DNA of 64,000 nucleotides, taken from Candidatus Eiseniibacteriota bacterium (lineage in GTDB: Bacteria; Eisenbacteria; RBG-16-71-46; JABDJR01). Position numbers and translations under genes: made by a program. The stretch spans positions 1,408,001 through 1,472,000 of the forward strand of contig CAVXKA010000001.1 of the NCBI GenBank assembly GCA_963762255.1, written 5' to 3'. Below the pieces are notes generated by a model. That model ran no database searches and was not told the origin of the DNA. It saw nothing but the letters and a program-made list of their open reading frames with translations. Every line of letters begins with the position of its first letter. The first letter of the stretch is position 1. Positions 63,003 to 64,000 of this stretch are shown here, piece after piece.

Positions 63003-63006
63003 TCCG

Positions 63007-63762
63007 ATGGAAGCCTCTCCGCGCGCGCCGGTGATCGAGGTCAGCGGGGTCTCGCTGCGCCGCGCCGGCCGGCCCGTGCTCACCGACGTCTCGTTCAGCA
63101 TCGATGCGCAGGAGCTCGTCGGTCTGATCGGCCCCAACGGCGGCGGCAAGACCACGCTCCTCCAGGTCATCCTCGGGGTGCTGCGCCCCGACACCGGAAG
63201 CGTCCTCGTGTTCGGAAGGGATCCCGCGCGCCGCGGTCAGGATCGCGGCGATATCGGCTACGTGGCCCAGGCCAAGCTCTTCGAGCGCGACTTCCCCGCG
63301 CGCGCCAAGGACGTCGTCCTCATGGGCACCTTTGCCCAGATCGGCATTCTTCGGATTCCCGGCGCCGCGGAGAAGCGGCGGGCGATGGAGGCGTTGGAGC
63401 AGGTGGGCATGGCCGACCGCGCCGACCGTCCGATCGGCCGGCTCTCCGGCGGCGAACAGCAGCGCGTCTTCATCGCGCAGGCGCTCGTCTCGCATCCCAA
63501 GCTGCTCATCCTCGACGAGCCCACCGTGGGGGTGGATCGCGAGGGAGAGGAAGCCCTGCTCCATCTATTGTCGCGGCTCAAAAAGGAAGTCCAGCTCACC
63601 ATCCTGATGGTCAGTCACAACGTGGCCCTCATCCGCTCTCACACCGACCGCATCCTCTGCGTGAACCGCGAACTCTGCTTCACCGGTCCCGCCGTCGGGC
63701 TGACCGACGAGGTGATCGCCGAGGCCTATCACGCCCACCGGACGAGGCACTCCCATGCTTGA
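63007..63762 (+). CDS. Zn/Mn ABC transporter ATP-binding protein (ZnuC-like)
   Basis: GPNGGGKT, LSGGEQQR and LDEPT. Confidence 0.95.
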   Translation: MEASPRAPVIEVSGVSLRRAGRPVLTDVSFSIDAQELVGLIGPNGGGKTTLLQVILGVLRPDTGSVLVFGRDPARRGQDRGDIGYVAQAKLFERDFPARAKDVVLMGTFAQIGILRIPGAAEKRRAMEALEQVGMADRADRPIGRLSGGEQQRVFIAQALVSHPKLLILDEPTVGVDREGEEALLHLLSRLKKEVQLTILMVSHNVALIRSHTDRILCVNRELCFTGPAVGLTDEVIAEAYHAHRTRHSHA

Positions 63763-64000
63763 TCATCTTCGCGAGATGCTCGGGCTCGGGTTCATGCAGC
63801 GCGCGTTCCTCGGCGGGGCGATGATCGGCGCCACCTGCGCGTTTCTCTCGGTGTTCGTCGTGCTGCGGCGCATGGCGTTCGTGAGCCAGGGGGTGAGCCA
63901 CGCCGCTTTCGGCGGAGTCGCGCTCGCGGTGCTGCTCGGTCTGGATCCCACCTGGGGAGCCGCCGTCTTCTCCGTCGCCACCGCGTTCGGCATCGGCGCG
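63755..64000 (+). CDS. Zn/Mn ABC transporter permease (ZnuB-like), truncated by the window end
   Basis: MLDHLREMLGLGFMQRAF...VVLRRMAFVSQGVSHAAFGGVA. Confidence 0.9.
   Translation, partial: MLDHLREMLGLGFMQRAFLGGAMIGATCAFLSVFVVLRRMAFVSQGVSHAAFGGVALAVLLGLDPTWGAAVFSVATAFGIGA

Overview
High-GC Gram-negative chromosome segment. The lineage is inferred, not proven: lpxH, a PorV-family gene, proteins with FlgD/T9SS-like C-terminal sorting domains and many sigma54 elements fit Ca. Eisenbacteria or a related FCB-adjacent group. (1) Positions 1-18.4 kb are the right part of an integrative element inserted at the 3' end of tRNA-fMet (18339-18415, minus strand). It carries a large serine recombinase whose C-terminus is read through the tRNA, a primase-helicase with an iteron-like origin in its 3' end, a ~1340-aa STAND NTPase with an unusual C-terminal domain, three nucleases, a DnaJ-TonB fusion and a duplicated 'mini tyrosine recombinase + divergent lipoprotein' unit. 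(2) Positions 18.4-64 kb are core genome: ftsB, eno, an ECF sigma/anti-sigma operon, an NtrY/X-like pair, rlmN, secreted M6 and S8 proteases flanking a PorV-family gene, lpxH, htrA, an M23 peptidase, amiC, copA, an MBL nuclease and a Zn/Mn ABC transporter. The best candidate for a new system is at 32.1-39.1 kb. A small exported precursor with a repeated GDPDAF motif sits directly upstream of a TPR-GAF-sigma54 activator. Downstream are paired palindromic enhancer sites, a -24/-12 promoter, an orphan AAA+ ATPase, a structured RNA candidate and a CPBP protease. This looks like a peptide-sensing (RRNPP-like) sigma54 circuit. All calls come from reading motifs by eye; no database search was run.
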